Shown in pieces: positions 30,031-45,510 of a stretch of DNA of 64,000 bases. The stretch's first letter is position 1. The number at the start of each line of letters is the position of its first letter. The notes beneath the pieces were generated by a model. It did not search any database and was not told the origin of the DNA. It saw nothing but the letters and a program-made list of their open reading frames with translations. Made by a program: the position numbers and the translations under genes. Source of the stretch: the human T2T-CHM13v2.0 reference genome, Homo sapiens. The DNA is taken from assembly GCF_009914755.1 (NCBI RefSeq), contig NC_060927.1; one strand, written 5' to 3'.

Positions 30031-31267
30031 TCGGATACTGTGCTTTTTAGTACATGTATATTTTCTCCTCAGTGCTCTTTTTAATCTTAGTTTTTCCACT
30101 GTTTTTACCTTTATGCTTTAATTTCTCTTGAATAACTCTCACCTTCCTCAGTTTAATTGCCTTTCCAGATTTTGGTGGGTGTAAAGATGATTAGTTCAGA
30201 AGGAACAGATCATCAAATTGATACCACAATTGGTTAATGGAAATCAGTACAATTTAAAACACAATTGACAGGATAATTGAACTTGGAGGTGTAAGCCTGT
30301 CTGGGAAAAGAAGGTTAAAGGAAACATATTACAAAGGTAGCAAAACTGAGGCATGGCGTATAACTGGCAATAAGGATGAAATAAGCTTAATACTGTAAGA
30401 AATGTTAAATGTTTACTTAGCAGCACTTCTTGTTTTCAGAGGACTTCATAAATATTTGCCAATTCATTCTTACTGCTTCTCTGTGATATATACATAGATA
30501 CCTTTTTTAAAACTGGTTTGGAACAAGCTAAAGTGAGATGCAACCAAGGACAATATCAGTGAAAGTCAGCAGTAGAACATAAACAATCCTAACTTATGGT
30601 CACCTGTTCATCTTACATTTTACTGTGGCATCCTAACCATTTCCTGTTCTCTCTCTCTTTTTTTTCTCCTCTGTTTGGTCAGTGTGGTAATTCTTCGGCT
30701 GTTTTCTCTGCCAACAGTGGATGTGCTTGGCAACTGCGGTGCAGTTATAGGGAAGCTAGCTCTTGTTTGACTATGATGGAGACCTCTGCTGGCTGAGAAA
30801 GAAGGCAGCAGCATCAACAAGGTCTAAATACTGCTATTGATAACAACCATCATTTATTGAGCATGTACTTTTAGCCAGTCATTTTAATGCATTGCTCCTT
30901 TTAATCCTTTCAACAACCCTACAAGGCAGGTACTATTTTTTACCATCCTTAATTTATGGATAGGAAAATTAAAGCTTATGGAGGTTAGTATAATGTCTGA
31001 AAGTCACACAGCTAACAAGTGGCTGACCCAAGATTTGGATCTAAACAACCTAATTCTCTTAACCACTATGGTATAGTCTTCCAAAAGAAGAAAATTTAAA
31101 CTTCCCAAAAGACTGATAATATGTCAGAGAGAATAATAATTATGACAGTAATAATAATATTAATAATACATTTGTATATAATTATATTTAGAAATCATTT
31201 AGATGATTTAGAAATCATTCTGTAAATTATATTACATCAGTCTTCATGATGCCATCTTTATAGAGGC

Positions 31268-31641
31268 TGTTATGGACTAAATTGTGTCATTCCAAAATTC
31301 AAGTGTTGAAGCCCTAACCTTAGAACATGACTGTATTTGGATGTAAGATCTTTGAAGTGTGAGTTAAGTTAAAATGGGGCCTGGAGGGTACGCCCTAATC
31401 CAATATGACTAGTTTCCTATAAGAAAAAGAAGAGACACCAGAAATGTGCACACAGAGGAAAGGACACAGGAAGATGGCATCTGTCTGCAAGCCAAGGAGA
31501 GGGGTCTTGCAGGAGAAACCAAACCTGCCACCCTGTTGATTTTGGATTTCTACCCTTCAAAACTGTGCAAAAATAAATTTCTCTTGTTTAATTCACCTAG
31601 CCTGTGGAATTTTGTTATGGCATCCCTAGCAAACTAATACA
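31268..31641 (+). mobile_element. MLT1B-like MaLR LTR
   Basis: tgttatggactaaattgtgtc...ccctagcaaactaataca. Confidence 0.8.
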
Positions 31642-33574
31642 GAGGGTTAGAGAGGTTAGGTTCCATATCCAAGGTTGCCCATAACTTATTGGGCATAAAT
31701 GTATTAGTTATATGACATAACTATATTGAACATGCCCTAAGACTAGAACTCCTGGGTTGAATGTGAACTCCAAGGCTTTTCTTCCCTTGGATAAGGGGAC
31801 CAAGAGAATATGCACTGCTAAAACTTGGCTTGTCTGACATATAAAAGCAGAGAGTAATGTCAGGCTGTTATGTGAGCAGAATGAAGCAAAGGCCTTCTAA
31901 GGAGTTAAGAACCTCATATCACTCATTTTCAGCAACATGGTTTTCACGTTTCAGTATCCTATGTTTATTTTCTTTAACATTTGAAGACATTGTGCCTAAT
32001 GATAATGCTATCTTGATAATGCGTGAATGTAGTAGGAAGAACCCTATTTCTAACTTTCTGTGTTGAGAACACATATTCTCTCTTCAAGGGCAGTTGTAAA
32101 TGCTGGCAAGATATTCCTCAGCATGTTTTTAGTGCCTTCCTTTGGCAAAAGTAAAAGGAAGATAAAGAGTGATATAGACTCTAATTCTGTGTAGGAACAA
32201 GAGACAGGAAAATTAACTGACATGCCTAAAATCACACATCTAGGCAGTCAACTCTGTTCTGACTTAGCTGTCTCTGGTAGACTCCTTGACCCCCGTGGTG
32301 AATGGGGAGGGATTGGTGTGGAAATAGAAGAGAAGCAGGGTAAATGAGGTGATCCTTTCTCTCTGGACTTCACTATAGGTGAAGATTAGCAATTGCTCCT
32401 TTTATCTGGCACTTCCCATTCATACAACAACAAACAATTTTATTCTTTTAAGTAAGTGGAACCCTTATTCATGATTGGCATTGAGATATGCCTTCTGGGA
32501 AGAACTCCAAGATGCCTACAGAAGAGATATGCCTGGGCAGAAATCAAGAAAAATATAGATCATTTTTTTCATCTTCCTTCCAGAAACTCCATCTCAATAG
32601 CATGGCTGGAACATTCTCATGTACTAGCCAATGGCCCTTCATCAGGGAAAGTCTTTATGTTTTCAACTTGAAGTGGCAAGTCTAGAGCAAGAGAAGAGAG
32701 ATGGTGGGCTTCTGATACATATGGTTACTCAGTGATTTTGTTTGAAAGGAAATTGATGTGAAGTTTGTGGTGGGACTATTCTCTTCTTGTCTTTGAAATG
32801 CTGTTCCAGGGAATGATACAAGAAACCTTGCCTTGAGCACCGACCATTGAGTACACCACTTTAAACCCCCACTGAGTTCCCACTCACTAGGACAGTATGG
32901 AGACTAAATGAAGCATTATGGGGAGGCAATTTGCAGGACCTATATGAATAAAGGAACATTTTGTTTCCATGTCTTATTATAACTGGCATTCCTTACTGTG
33001 AACTGGAAGATTTGATTATCATGATGATCTTAAACTGCATGATACTGATCTGGTCTGAACAAGAGCCTCTCAGTATGTTTTTCACTGGAATCAGACCTCA
33101 AGTTGTAAAAGTGTAAATGAAAGTTGGCAAATGCAGTGAGTGGTCCAGTAGTATGGTTATTTCTTCTCAACCTTAGCCCCTGTTCCTCTCCAATGAGATC
33201 TGGTGATAGATGAGAACCATCTGAGAAAGTGTTAGGTTTTATGTTTGAATTCATTCTGCTGCTGTAATACAGTTCTTGAAAGAAAAATAGTTCAACTCAC
33301 TTATTATTATCTAATATTGAGCACCACTTTCTTCCTTTCTACAAGAGAATGGCAGGAAATAACAGAAGGAGGCTTCTCAATCAATCAGATTTGTACCAAA
33401 TCACTCATTATAGGTAGCAGAGTAATAGTAAGGAAGGAAATAAATAAATGATAGTGGTTTTTTATATCTGCATCTACCCTTCTGTGTGCTTGCATGTTAC
33501 CTCCCTTTTCTACTTCTATCTTAACTTTTCGACCTATTTTCTTCCTGTTTTTTACTACCCTCCATCATCATCTA

Positions 33575-36500
33575 ATTTTTTCTTTTTTTCTTTTTCTTTT
33601 TTTTGAGACAGAGTCTCCGTCTGTCACCCAGGCTGCAGTGCAGTGGTGCAATCTCGGCTCCCTGCAACCTCAGCCTACCAGGTTTAAGCGATTCTCTAAG
33701 TACCTCATATAAGTGGAATCCTACTATATTTGCCTTTTTCAGACTGGCTTATTTCACTTAGCATAATGTTCTCAAAATTCATTGATATTGAAGTATATGT
33801 CAGAATTTTCTTTCTTTTCAAGGCTGAATAATATTCAATTGTACCACATTTTGCTTTTCTGTTCATCTATGGATGACACTTAAATTACTTTCACATTTTA
33901 GCTATTGTGCATGACACTGCTATGAACATAGGTGTTCAGATATCTCTTTGAGATCCTGTTTTCAGCTCTTTTAGATATATATCCAGAAATGGAATTGCTG
34001 GTTCATGTGGTAATTCTGTTTCTAATTTTTTGAGGTACTACCATACTGTTTTCCACAGCAGCTGTATCATTTTACATTCCCATCAATAGTGCATGAGTGT
34101 TCCAATATCTTCACATCCTCAAGAGCATTATGCCTCCATTGTAATTTATTCTTTGATCCACTGATTCTTTAAAAGTGTGTTGTTTAATTTCTACAAATAT
34201 GTGAGTTTTCCAGTTTTACTCTGTTATTGATTTCTAATTTCCTCCCATTATGATCAGGGAAGACTTTGTATGACATTTGTCTTTTAAAATCTATTGAGAC
34301 ACAATTTGTGGCCTAACATATGGCCCATCCTGGAAAATGTCCCATGTGTACTTGAAAAGAATGTGCATATCATTGTTGTTGGGTAGAGTGTTCTGTATAT
34401 GTCTTTTAGGTCTAGTGGGTTTATTGTGTTGTTTATATCCTCTATTTTCTTACTTATTTTCTGTCTGGTGGTTCTATCTGTGATTGAAGGTGGAATGTTA
34501 AAGTTTCCAACTATTAATGTAGAATTGTATATTTTTCTCTTTAATTCTACCAGTTTTTGCTTCATGTATTTTGATCGTCTGTTATGAGGCATGTTAATGT
34601 TTAAAATTGCTCTATTTTCTTGTTGTATTAAATATTTTATTAATATATAATACCCTTTTTTATTTCATAATTTTTTGACTTAAATTCATTTTTGTCTGAT
34701 ATTTGTCTAGCCATTCCTGCTCTCTTTTGGTTACTATTTGCATGAATATCCTTTTCCATCTTTTCACTTTCAACCTATTGTATCTTTGTTTTCTTTTTCT
34801 CTTTTTTATTATTTTTGTGTGTGTCTTTGGATCTAAAGTTAGTTTCTTGTAGACAGTATATCCAGCAATCATGTGTGTTTTATCCATTCTGCTGATCTCT
34901 GTTTTTTGATTGGGTAGTTTAATCCATTTACATTTAAAGAAATTACTGATAAAGAAGGACTTACTTCTGTTGTTTGCTATTTGTTTTCTATATGCCTTAT
35001 AGCTTTCCCACATCTCACTCTGCATGACTCTTTTTTGTGTGTGTTTAGTTGATGTTTTGTGGTGAAATGTTTAATCTCCTTTCTTATTTCCTTTTGTTTA
35101 TATTCCTTAACTATTTCTTTTTGGTTGCAGTGGAGATTACATTTAACATCCTAAAGTTATAATACTCTAACTGGAGTTTATACCAGTCTAACTTCAATAA
35201 CATAAAATATCTGGTCCTCTACTATTCTTTCTTCACTCTTTTTGGTTGTTAATGTCATAAAATTATACCTTTATATATTGTGTAACACCAAACATAAACT
35301 AATAATTATTTTAAATGCGTTAGTCTCTTAAATTATATAAAAAACAAAACATGGAGCCACAAACCAAAGTTACAATAATGTTAGCTTTTAGACTAATGAT
35401 TGTTTTCTTTTAAATGTATTAGTCTCTTAAATTATGTAGATAGCAAAATACTACTAGCTTTTATAAAGGTCCTTGCATTTATTGAGCTCTTTGTTTCTTC
35501 ATACAGCTTCAAGTTACTGTCTAATGTCCTTTCATTTCACCTTGTAGGACTCCCTTGAATATTTCTTGCAGGGAAAGTCTAGTGGTAATGTGGTAATGCT
35601 CCTCAGCTTTTGTTTATCTGGCAATGTCTTATGTTCTCCTTCTTTTCCTGCTTCAGTCCCCCAAGTAGCTGGGACTACAGGTGCATGTCACCATATCTGG
35701 CTAATTTTTTGCATTTTTAGTAAAGACAGGGTATTGCCATGTTGGCCAGGCTGGTCTCGAACTCCTGAATTCAAGTGATCTGCCCACCCTGGCCTCCCAA
35801 AATGTTGGGATTATATGTGTGAGTCACTGCAACTGACCTCCTTCACTTTTGAAGGACAATTGTTCTGATATAAAATTCTTGGTTGACAGGTATTTTTTTC
35901 TTTTAGCATTTTGAATACATTGTCCCACTACCTGATGGGCCAAAGTTTCTCATGAGAAATTTGTTAATATTCTTACCAAAGAGCCCTTGCATATGATGAA
36001 TCAGTTCTTTTTTTGCGCTTTCATAATTCACTGTCCTTATATTTCAGCAGTTTGATTATAGTGAGTCTTGGTGTGGGTTCATCTTGAAGTTCATTGTGCT
36101 TCTTGGATGTTTATGTCTTTCATCAGATTTAGAAACTTTTCTGCCATTATTTCTTCAAATATTCTCCTTACCCTTTATCTAGCCCTTCTCTTTCTGGTGC
36201 TGTCACAGTGTGTTAGTTGGTTCACTTGATGGTGTCTCCTATGTCTTTTAGGCTCTGTTCACTTTTCTTCAATCGTTTTTCTTTTTGTTCCTCAGACTGA
36301 TAATTTTCATTGTATCTGCAAGTTTGCTGATTTCTTTCTTGCCTGCTTAAATCTGCCTTTAAATCTGTCTAGTGAAGTTTAAAATTTTAGTTATTATATT
36401 TTCAGCTTCAGAATATCTTTTTGGTTTCTTTTTAGTGTTTCTATCTCTTCGCTAATATTTCCATTTTATTCATAGGTTGTTTTCTTGACTTTTCCCACAT

Positions 36501-37850
36501 CTTCTTTTAGTTCTTTGAGACTTTAAGTTAGGTGTTTTAAAGTCTTTGTCTAGTAGATCTGCCACTGAGACTCTTTCAGGAATAGTTTTGGTTGATTAAT
36601 TAAAAAAAAAATTGAATGTGCCATACTTTTCTGTTTCTTCATGTGCCTTGTAATTTTATTTTTTTTTTAAGAGATGGGCTTGGTCTGTCACCCAGGCTAG
36701 TGTGCAGTGGCATGATCATAGCTCACTGTAACCTCAAACTCCTGGGCTCAAGCAATCTTCCTCCCTCAGCCTCCTGGGTAGCTAGGACTACAGGCTACCA
36801 TGCCTGGAAAATGTTATTTTATTTATTTATTTATAGAAGTGGAGTCTCACAATGTTGCCCAGGCTGGTGTCTTGTAATTTTTTGTTGAAAAACAGACATT
36901 TGAAGTTAATAATGTGGTAACTCTGTAAATCAGATTCTCCCTCTTCTCCAGGGCTTGCATATTTTTTTGTTAGTGTTTTGTTTACTACTTTAAAAAAATG
37001 TTAAGTGCTGTTTCTGTGTCAAGGATCAGCCTGACGTGCAAATTTAAGGTTTCTTTTCTAAATCTGCACCTTTCCCTAGGTAAGTGCAGTCACTTTCTAA
37101 TTTTCCCTGTATATGCATTGTTTTTTAATGTCCTAGTCTTTAATGTCTGACTTCCAAAAGGTGGAAATAGAAAAATAAAGGTAGATTTTTAAAAAATGGA
37201 AGCGATTCTCCTGCCTCAGCTTCCCAATCTCAGCTGGGATTACAGGCATGTGCCACCATGCCCGGTTAATTTTGTATTTTTAGTAGAGACAGGGTTTCTC
37301 CATGTTGGTGAGGCTGGTCTTGAACTCCCGACCTCAGGTGATCTGCCCACCTTGGCCTCCCAAAGTGTTGGGATTACAGGCATGAGCCACTGCACCTGGC
37401 TCTAAATCTTCTTGAAGTTACTACAGCCAGACAGGGAGGGGCTTATAACAGTGGGGGAGGTGCAACAACCGTGGTAGCATACTCCTTTGTCTGAATCTCT
37501 GTGATCAGAAGGAGCAATCAATTATCAGACCATAGTTCCCCTCTATTTGGAGGACAAGGTTCTTTTTGCCCACTCTGGCTCCTGCAAGCTGCTCCCAGAA
37601 TTCAGACATAGCTGTATGCCACATTGCTGGAAGTGGAGAATGAGTAATTGCTATTATGCTAAGAGCTGACATGACCAAAATAAACTTAATTTACCATTCA
37701 AGGCTTCTCCTGGAAGTTGCAAGCTTTCAATAGATTCCAGAGTTCCAAAATAATTACATCAGGCAGACTCTGCCAGTGCAATTGTGTCTAGCTGGGGAAA
37801 CAGATTCCTGGTGCTTCCTACTCCACCATATTTCTGAAATCATCCCCTTT
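33575..37850 (-). mobile_element. Degraded old L1M (ORF2 endonuclease region plus 3' piece) with embedded Alu fragments (~33575-33695, 35645-35840, 36660-36870, 37200-37400)
   Basis: ORF 34284-34592(-) translates IVGNFNIPPSITDRTTRQKI...DIYRTLYP...FFSSTHGTFSRMGHMLGHK, an L1 endonuclease-like sequence; T-rich antisense L1 composition. Confidence 0.85.
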
Positions 37851-39171
37851 TTTCCATTGGCTTTTAGTGCTCCCCCTGGAAATCAGAGAACTGTGTGTAT
37901 AGAAGATGGAAGATGAGAGAGATATGGAAGTGTTATTATGATGGAAGTAGAAATGTCTGAGAAAGTGAAGATCTAGAGGCTCAAAAGTTGCCTGGAGACT
38001 CTAGACTGGGTGAGACATGTTTCAACTGTTTTATTCTAGGCATTTAGGGACATGTATCATGGGGAATAAGATGGAGGAGTAGTAGAGGCACTTTAACTTT
38101 TTCATAGTTGACAACATTCCATCAAAGAACAGGTCATGTGTTTTCTTTCTTTTCTTTTTTTGCAAATGTCTAAAAAATGTTCTCTAAGATTAGAAATAAA
38201 CGATCATTATTTTTGTCGTAAGTTGGGGTTTGTGTGTTCACACACTGTGCTTCTCTTGGTTAAGTGCCTTTATAATGGTTTGATCTCTGCCCTAGAGCAC
38301 AAAGGAGCAGCTTTATCTTCATATCTTGTTTTTCAAGATACTCAGCATGTATAAAGTATATCTGCAATCCATTTTCTGTGGGTTACACTGTCTAATCTTC
38401 AAAAGTTCAGTTCTCCCCAGCAGACAGGACTTGTAGGACTTTGTATGTTAATGAGAATAATCTTGAATTCAATGAAGCTTTTGTTGCTTCCACAACTCCT
38501 TTGCAATCTTGTCATTGATGTTCAGATATCCTACTGCACTGCCATGATTGAAATGTGGTCATTCCCAGAGTAAAGCAAAATGACAGCCTATTACAAAGTA
38601 GTTGGTTTGAAAAGGGACAAATATTACTATCCAAGAAGGGCATTTGGTATCACTAGAACTCTTGGGAGTTCAAAAACTCAGCTTTATTGGAATGGCTTCA
38701 CTATCCCTGGAAATGTCCATTTTCTCCTCTTGTCTATCTTATTTTCCCTATGTCTCTCTCAAATTGGCTCAAACTGTTACTTATGTTTTAAAAATGCCAT
38801 ATAAAAGTGCTGATGTTCATAAGGTTCTAGTCATATTAGGGTACTTAATAGAACCATAGCAGGTAACTCAGGCAAATGGATTGTGCCTCATATTCATTAT
38901 GACCAAACTCGTGAAATGAGACACTAGATAATTCAACACAATCATGCTCCTTGTGCCCTAGGAAGAGAAAAAGAGAAGCAAATACCTGAGCATCTCCCCT
39001 CTCCATATAGGTATCCAAGTGCACTTGGAGAATCAAGTTTATTATTTCGGCTGGGGCTTTGGCAAATAACAGAAAACCCCTTCTCAATTGAATGAAATGA
39101 TAAAGAGTTTATTATCTCACATAAAAAATCCAGAGGCAGATGGCTTCACACGAATTCATTAGGGATCAACA

Positions 39172-39487
39172 TTTCTTTTTTTCCCTTTTTTTTTTTTTTT
39201 TTTTTTGAGATGGAGTCTCTCTCTGTCACCCATGCTAGAGTGCAATGGTGAGATCTCAGTTCACTGCAACCTCCGCCTCAAGTTCAAGTGATTCTTGTGC
39301 CTCAGCCCCTCAAGTGGCTGGGACTACGGGCGTGTGCCACAACACCCAGCTAATTTTTGTATTTTTAGTAGAGATGGGGTTTCACCATGTTGCCCAGGCT
39401 GGCCTTGAACTCCTGACCTCAAGTAATCCGCCCGCCTGGGCCTCCTAAAGTGCTGGGATTACAGGCGTGAGCCACCACACCCAGCCC
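39172..39487 (-). mobile_element. Alu (J/S)
   Basis: Full Alu, reverse orientation, flanked by tcaaca(t/c)ttct. Confidence 0.9.
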
Positions 39488-41383
39488 CATTTCAACACTT
39501 CTGCTTTTATAGATCTTATCCTGGGGCTGACTTGCCTCATGTTCACAATATGGCTGCACCAGCTACACGTATTCATATTCTCAGTGCAACATCCAGAGGT
39601 GGAGAATGAGACTTGTTTTTAACATTAAGGGAGTTCTTTCCCAGAAGTCCCTTGGCAAGTTCTCTTTACGTTTCATTTGCCAGATTTACATCACATGTCC
39701 ATACTTGAATCAATTAGCAGCAAAGGAAATAGGAGCACTGCTGCTGACAGATTTATTAGGACATTCCTGAGTCATAAAGGAAAAGAGGGGACACCTGAAT
39801 AAAATGTGGAATTTTTGCTAGCAAGGAAGACTGTAGGAAGTGACAAATGGCTACACTTAAGATTAAAATGAACCCTAAGTAATGTTGTCAAAGGGAATTA
39901 CCTGAAACACTCCAAAGAATAATATAGCAGCATTACAATGATTTTAAAAAGAATAACAACATAATCATGCCAGTTTCATTTTGCAAATTTTATTCTAGTC
40001 TTTGTCCACTTGTACGTATATTTTACATAGTTGAAATCTTAATTTTATAGTCTATCTTTACCATGTAAAGTAATTATAAATAATATTTGTACACATTTTA
40101 TATTATGGTTATCATCTTTAATGACTAAATTCTCTTTTATTCAGTTGATTTAACATTTTAATCCAGCCTATATCGTTTGATCCTTTTACTACTATTAATA
40201 TCAGTGCAATATATCTTTAAAGGGATTATTTATATTAAGCACACATCAAGAGTAAGATTATTACCAACACATTAGGAAAAGCAATGGCAAGTAGCTGAAA
40301 GATCATCAGACTTGGAGTTGAAGACTGGAGTTTTGTCTATATCCTTGCTATATACTTGTTGCATTTGCTTTGGCTGGTTTATCAGTCTTTTGAGCCTCAG
40401 TTCCCTTATTTGGAAAAGATGAAGTTGGAATAAATAAATTCTATGATCATTTCCAGCTCCAATTGTCCATGATTTTATGAATTCTAAGATCCTTTGAAAA
40501 GCTTAAGTATTTGGGCTGCAGACTAGGAAACTGACTTAATAAAGGCATAGAGATGGAAAATTGGTGGCCACATTATGCCTGTAGAAAACTTATGTTTAGC
40601 CAGCCTATTTTTATGGAAAGTGAATGCAAATACTTTTTAGATAGAGCATGCACCATTCAGTTTGGTCACAGTTTTCTCCACTCCTTGTTGTTTGACACTA
40701 GGAGGCTTCATACCTTTCTAGTACCTGTCTTGCCCCGAAGGGCTTTGAGTTTGCAACCCCTGGAAGAAGGTGACACTGTGGCAATTGAATGACTCCCCAG
40801 CCTGAACCCTTGAACCTAGCACCTAGGTTTCCATGGAAGTCTTCCTTCAAAGAATTGTTGAAAGGCAGCCTTATTTGTTCGCAAGATCTTGTGATGGTTT
40901 CCATGTTATGCACATAAACACCTTGTCAGGCATCAGAGACAGGTTGGAAAGGATGATTGATGGGAGTGGGCTTGTGAAATCACACCTGCTGTCACAGCAG
41001 ATGGGGAAAAAAGCCGGAGTAACCTGTGGAATTGCTGATTCTTTTTGAAAATTCACTCATAAAAACATAATTTTAGCTCTTTTACATACTTTAGATAGAG
41101 CCAGTATCACAAACCAAACTCTAGGGGAGCAACTAATATATGAGTTTGCAGAAGTATAATTTCAATAAAATAGCAAGAAGCCTTCACCAACCAGGTGAAC
41201 TGGTATTTGAGCACAGGGGTGGTGAAGCAGCTCTTTCTTTGCCAAGCAAAAATATGTCATTCAAGCTGCAATTGCTGGCTGGCTGCCCACTGGGCCTATA
41301 AGCATGTCCTCAGTGAATGTTATCCCAATCCATGCATAACTATTGCCTTTGGAGCACAGAATGCATCCTAGAGAGGAAAAAGG

Positions 41384-41387
<4 letters not shown>

Positions 41388-41439
<52 letters not shown>

Positions 41440-41440
41440 T
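41388..41440. repeat. (AT)n followed by poly-T
   Basis: Direct reading. Confidence 0.95.
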
Positions 41441-41989
41441 ACAGAGCAAACCAATAAACAGAAAATGGGAAACATGGGCTTGTCCCAACAGGGAAGCCAT
41501 GTGGACCTGAGGAAGTGCTCTGAGATCTCTTTTGACTTTATGCTGTTGTTGGCTCTGCCCTGAACAGCTTAGCAATAGTTATACTAATTTTACCTGATAT
41601 GCATTTAAAAATTTATTCAACACAACTAGTTACTGAGTTTCCACTATGTTCATGGTACTGTTTTATAGGAAGTACAAAGCAATGTGTTTGGGAGGGTAGA
41701 ACATGCACATCTGCCTAAGTTAAGAAGCAAGGAAAGAGTTTAACAGGACTAGAAGGGAGACCCCAAAGTAGGATATGATCAAATCCAAATGAATCTTTTG
41801 AACAGTCAGAGCTGTGTGTATGGAAAAGGAAAAGGCAGATCATCTGAGTAGAAAAGGAAGACTCTCCAGAGAAGCGGGGGATTGATTTGGGCCTTATAGG
41901 GTATGGGAGTTACGTTCAAGCTAGGGCATGATAAAAGAGAATAGTTTTACCTACCAGAGTCCAAAGTCTCTGGCAGTTCAATGAGTCAT

Positions 41990-42740
41990 TTATTCATGAA
42001 CCCCTTTGTTCATTTGTTCAACAAATACTTATTGAGAATTAATTCTATGACAGGCCTGTTTTGGGCCTAGAGAATACAGTGAATAAACATGACCGATAGA
42101 TCTCTGCTCTGGTACAGGGAGGTGGAGAATAAAACCAAGTAAAACGAGAAAGTCTCAGATAATGGTGAACATTATGCAGAGAGGTAGAATTGGGTGACAG
42201 TGAATGGGTGACTATGGTAGACTTGGTGCTTTCTTTGCTTCTCTGAAGAGGTGACAGATAAGCTCATATCTGAAAGACAAGGGGCAGCCAACCATGCAAA
42301 GGTCAGTGGGAAGAGTATTCCCAGCTGTGCAGAGGCCCTGAGATGGGAACACGATTGGCACATTTGAAAAGGCCAGTGTTGCTGGGTGTAGTGGATGACA
42401 AGAGAGGTGGAACAAGGTGAGGCTGGGGAGAGAAGATGCCAGATGGTGTAGGAGTTTGCATTTTATTCTAAGTGGGATGGAAGCCCTTTGAAGGTTTAAG
42501 CAGAGAAATGATGTATTTGATATGCAGGTACCTCTTTCTTCTGTGTGAGAGTAGATTACAGCAGGAGCAAGCCAGGGCGTGGGGAGGCTGTTACGGTAAC
42601 TCAGAAGCAAGTTGGCGGCTCCCTGGACTCCACTGGTAGTACTAGAGATGGGGAAGAGTGAATACATTGGGTTATATATGAGGACTTATCAATGGATAAA
42701 TTGTGGGACATGAGGGATAGGGAGCTGCCAAAATAGTGAT
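41990..42740. mobile_element. L2 fragment
   Basis: ttcaacaaatacttattgag terminus, typical L2 body. Confidence 0.65.
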
Positions 42741-42838
42741 TGAATTGGATCCAGTTATTAGGAGTGTGCTGGTTTCTCTGAAATGCTTAAGGAAGTTCTA
42801 TAAGAGCATTGAGGATCAATCAATTAGAGGAAACATGC

Positions 42839-43390
42839 TGTAGAAATAAATGAAGACCAACCAAATAAGACAGCAAAGGCTATTTATTTGGAGTTTGCTA
42901 TAGTAAGGGAGTCAGATATCATCACTTGTGTTTTGGCAAAGGCTCAATGGCAGAGAGAGGAGGGGGAAGCTTTATAATGGAAAAAAAGGGAAGGCTTCAG
43001 GTATGCCCTGATTGGAGGCTGGTGGCATGGGGAAGCTGTGGGTTAACTATTATAGAAGCAGACTATCCTCTGTGATTGGTTAGAGGTGCATATTTTGCTT
43101 TCTCTGACTGGGCCTAAGTTGGAAGTGAGGACAAAAATTAGGGAAGCTGTCAGTTATTAATCAAGTCTTGGCCACTTGGGACCAATTGCTATGAAAATTA
43201 TTGTTTTGCTTCTTGGATTGTCACTGAAGATAGCAGTCTGGCTCCCTGCAAGTCTGATTTATAGCAGTCTGGCTCCCTGGTTGCTTATTGTAGATAAGGG
43301 GTTGGTTTCCTGGGTAGGTTGCTGTAGATTGTGGGCCAAAGTTCTGTATTTATGTATTGTCTGGCTAGGGTCTGTATAGTCAATTTCTCA
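42839..43390 (-). mobile_element. Solo ERV LTR (ERV1-like, family not assigned)
   Basis: TG...CA termini, 552 bp, 4-bp TSD ATGC (42835-42838 / 43391-43394), CCAAT boxes and AATAAA on the minus strand. Confidence 0.72.
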
Positions 43391-43936
43391 ATGCCTTGAT
43401 AATGCTTGTTTTTATTTCTGAAGTAGGTCATACATTTTGATACATTTTTTCTCTGTGCTCCTCCAAATCCATTTCTCTTCATCTCCTTATTGTTCTCTGT
43501 CTTTTTCTTTGCTTCAACCTCAGTTCTGTTGGTGATTACACTTGCCTTCAATAGCTCATACAACAATTACCTCTCCCAGATGACTATTTTATGACAGATG
43601 TTCATCGAGCTTCCAATCCTAAAGCTTGAGGTTGACTAATGAAATTTTATGTCTACTTATTCCAATTGTCAATGGAACAGTCTCCAGAGATCAAAGTGTG
43701 GTTTATCAATTGATGCGATAAGCAAACTTTGTAACTGGGTCTGAGATAAGGTAGATACAAAAATTGAGAGTAAGTATCAGAAACACTTATAGCAATTTGA
43801 CAAAATACTTTTATTTCTGTTGAACTTAATATTTAAATTTTAGGCTTATATGCCCCCTTTTACCCCACTTCGTCTTTCCTATAGGTAGATTGGAAATTTA
43901 AAAAAAAGCGACAAAACAAAACAAACAAAAAAAGAA

Positions 43937-44288
<352 letters not shown>

Positions 44289-45201
44289 CTAGATTTCTCA
44301 CAGTTGCCAGCTCTACAACAACCAGAATGAGATGAGAAATGGAGGCAAGCCAACAGTTGAATGCTTATCCATGGGGTCAGAGACAGCGTCTGACCTGAAT
44401 AAATAAGGGCTGCTCTTCCAGCCTGAAGGCTCCCTCTCCCTGCTTCTCAGAGCAGTTCCTGAGTCAACTGGGGCTATACTGGACTTCTATTTCACCTACT
44501 ATGCAGATATAGAGCATTTCTATTGCATATGGCCACCTCCTATGAATGGAGAGTAAGGGAGGAAGAGGAGGAGATAACATACCTTCCTTGCATCCTAATC
44601 ACATTTTTTTCCCCAAACGCTATCTCTCCTTCTTAGGGATTTTGTGCATTTAATAATGGGACTTAGATTCCTTCCTACATTAAAGACATAGAGGAATGGA
44701 ATATCAAATTCCAGAAAAGGAAATATTAAAATAAACATCTTAATTTTTATTTATTAAAGTTTTTGAGTATACATGAGCACACACATATAGTTTGCAAATA
44801 TAAAACAGTTTCATTTGGCTTTTTTTGATGATGTTCATTCACTGAGTAGATATAACTTAGATTTTCCTGTTTCCTTATTCCTTTGTCATTACACATTCTG
44901 CACTCTTGGTCAGTTCTAATTTAAAATATTCTATCCTATAAATAAATTCACATCTGTCTGATCATGTGCTCTGATTTTTAATTCATAAAATATGGTCAAG
45001 GTGTCAATCAGTTGCTATCCCTGCTTACCTCTAGGACTATGATGGCATATCCTAAATGATATCCCCAAATAACACAGCCAATGTGATTTTTGTAGTCCTG
45101 TAAGTCAGTGTTTTAGATTCAGTTTCCTCATTTTGTTTCCATCCAACTGGTGGTTTTGTCTAGCTATGTTTCAGAAGGCACACCATAGTAGGACCCTCTG
45201 A

Positions 45202-45510
<309 letters not shown>

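Noticed and set aside
34284-35025. Endonuclease-like ORFs as a functional gene
   Set aside because: Frameshifted, degraded L1 ORF2 remnants
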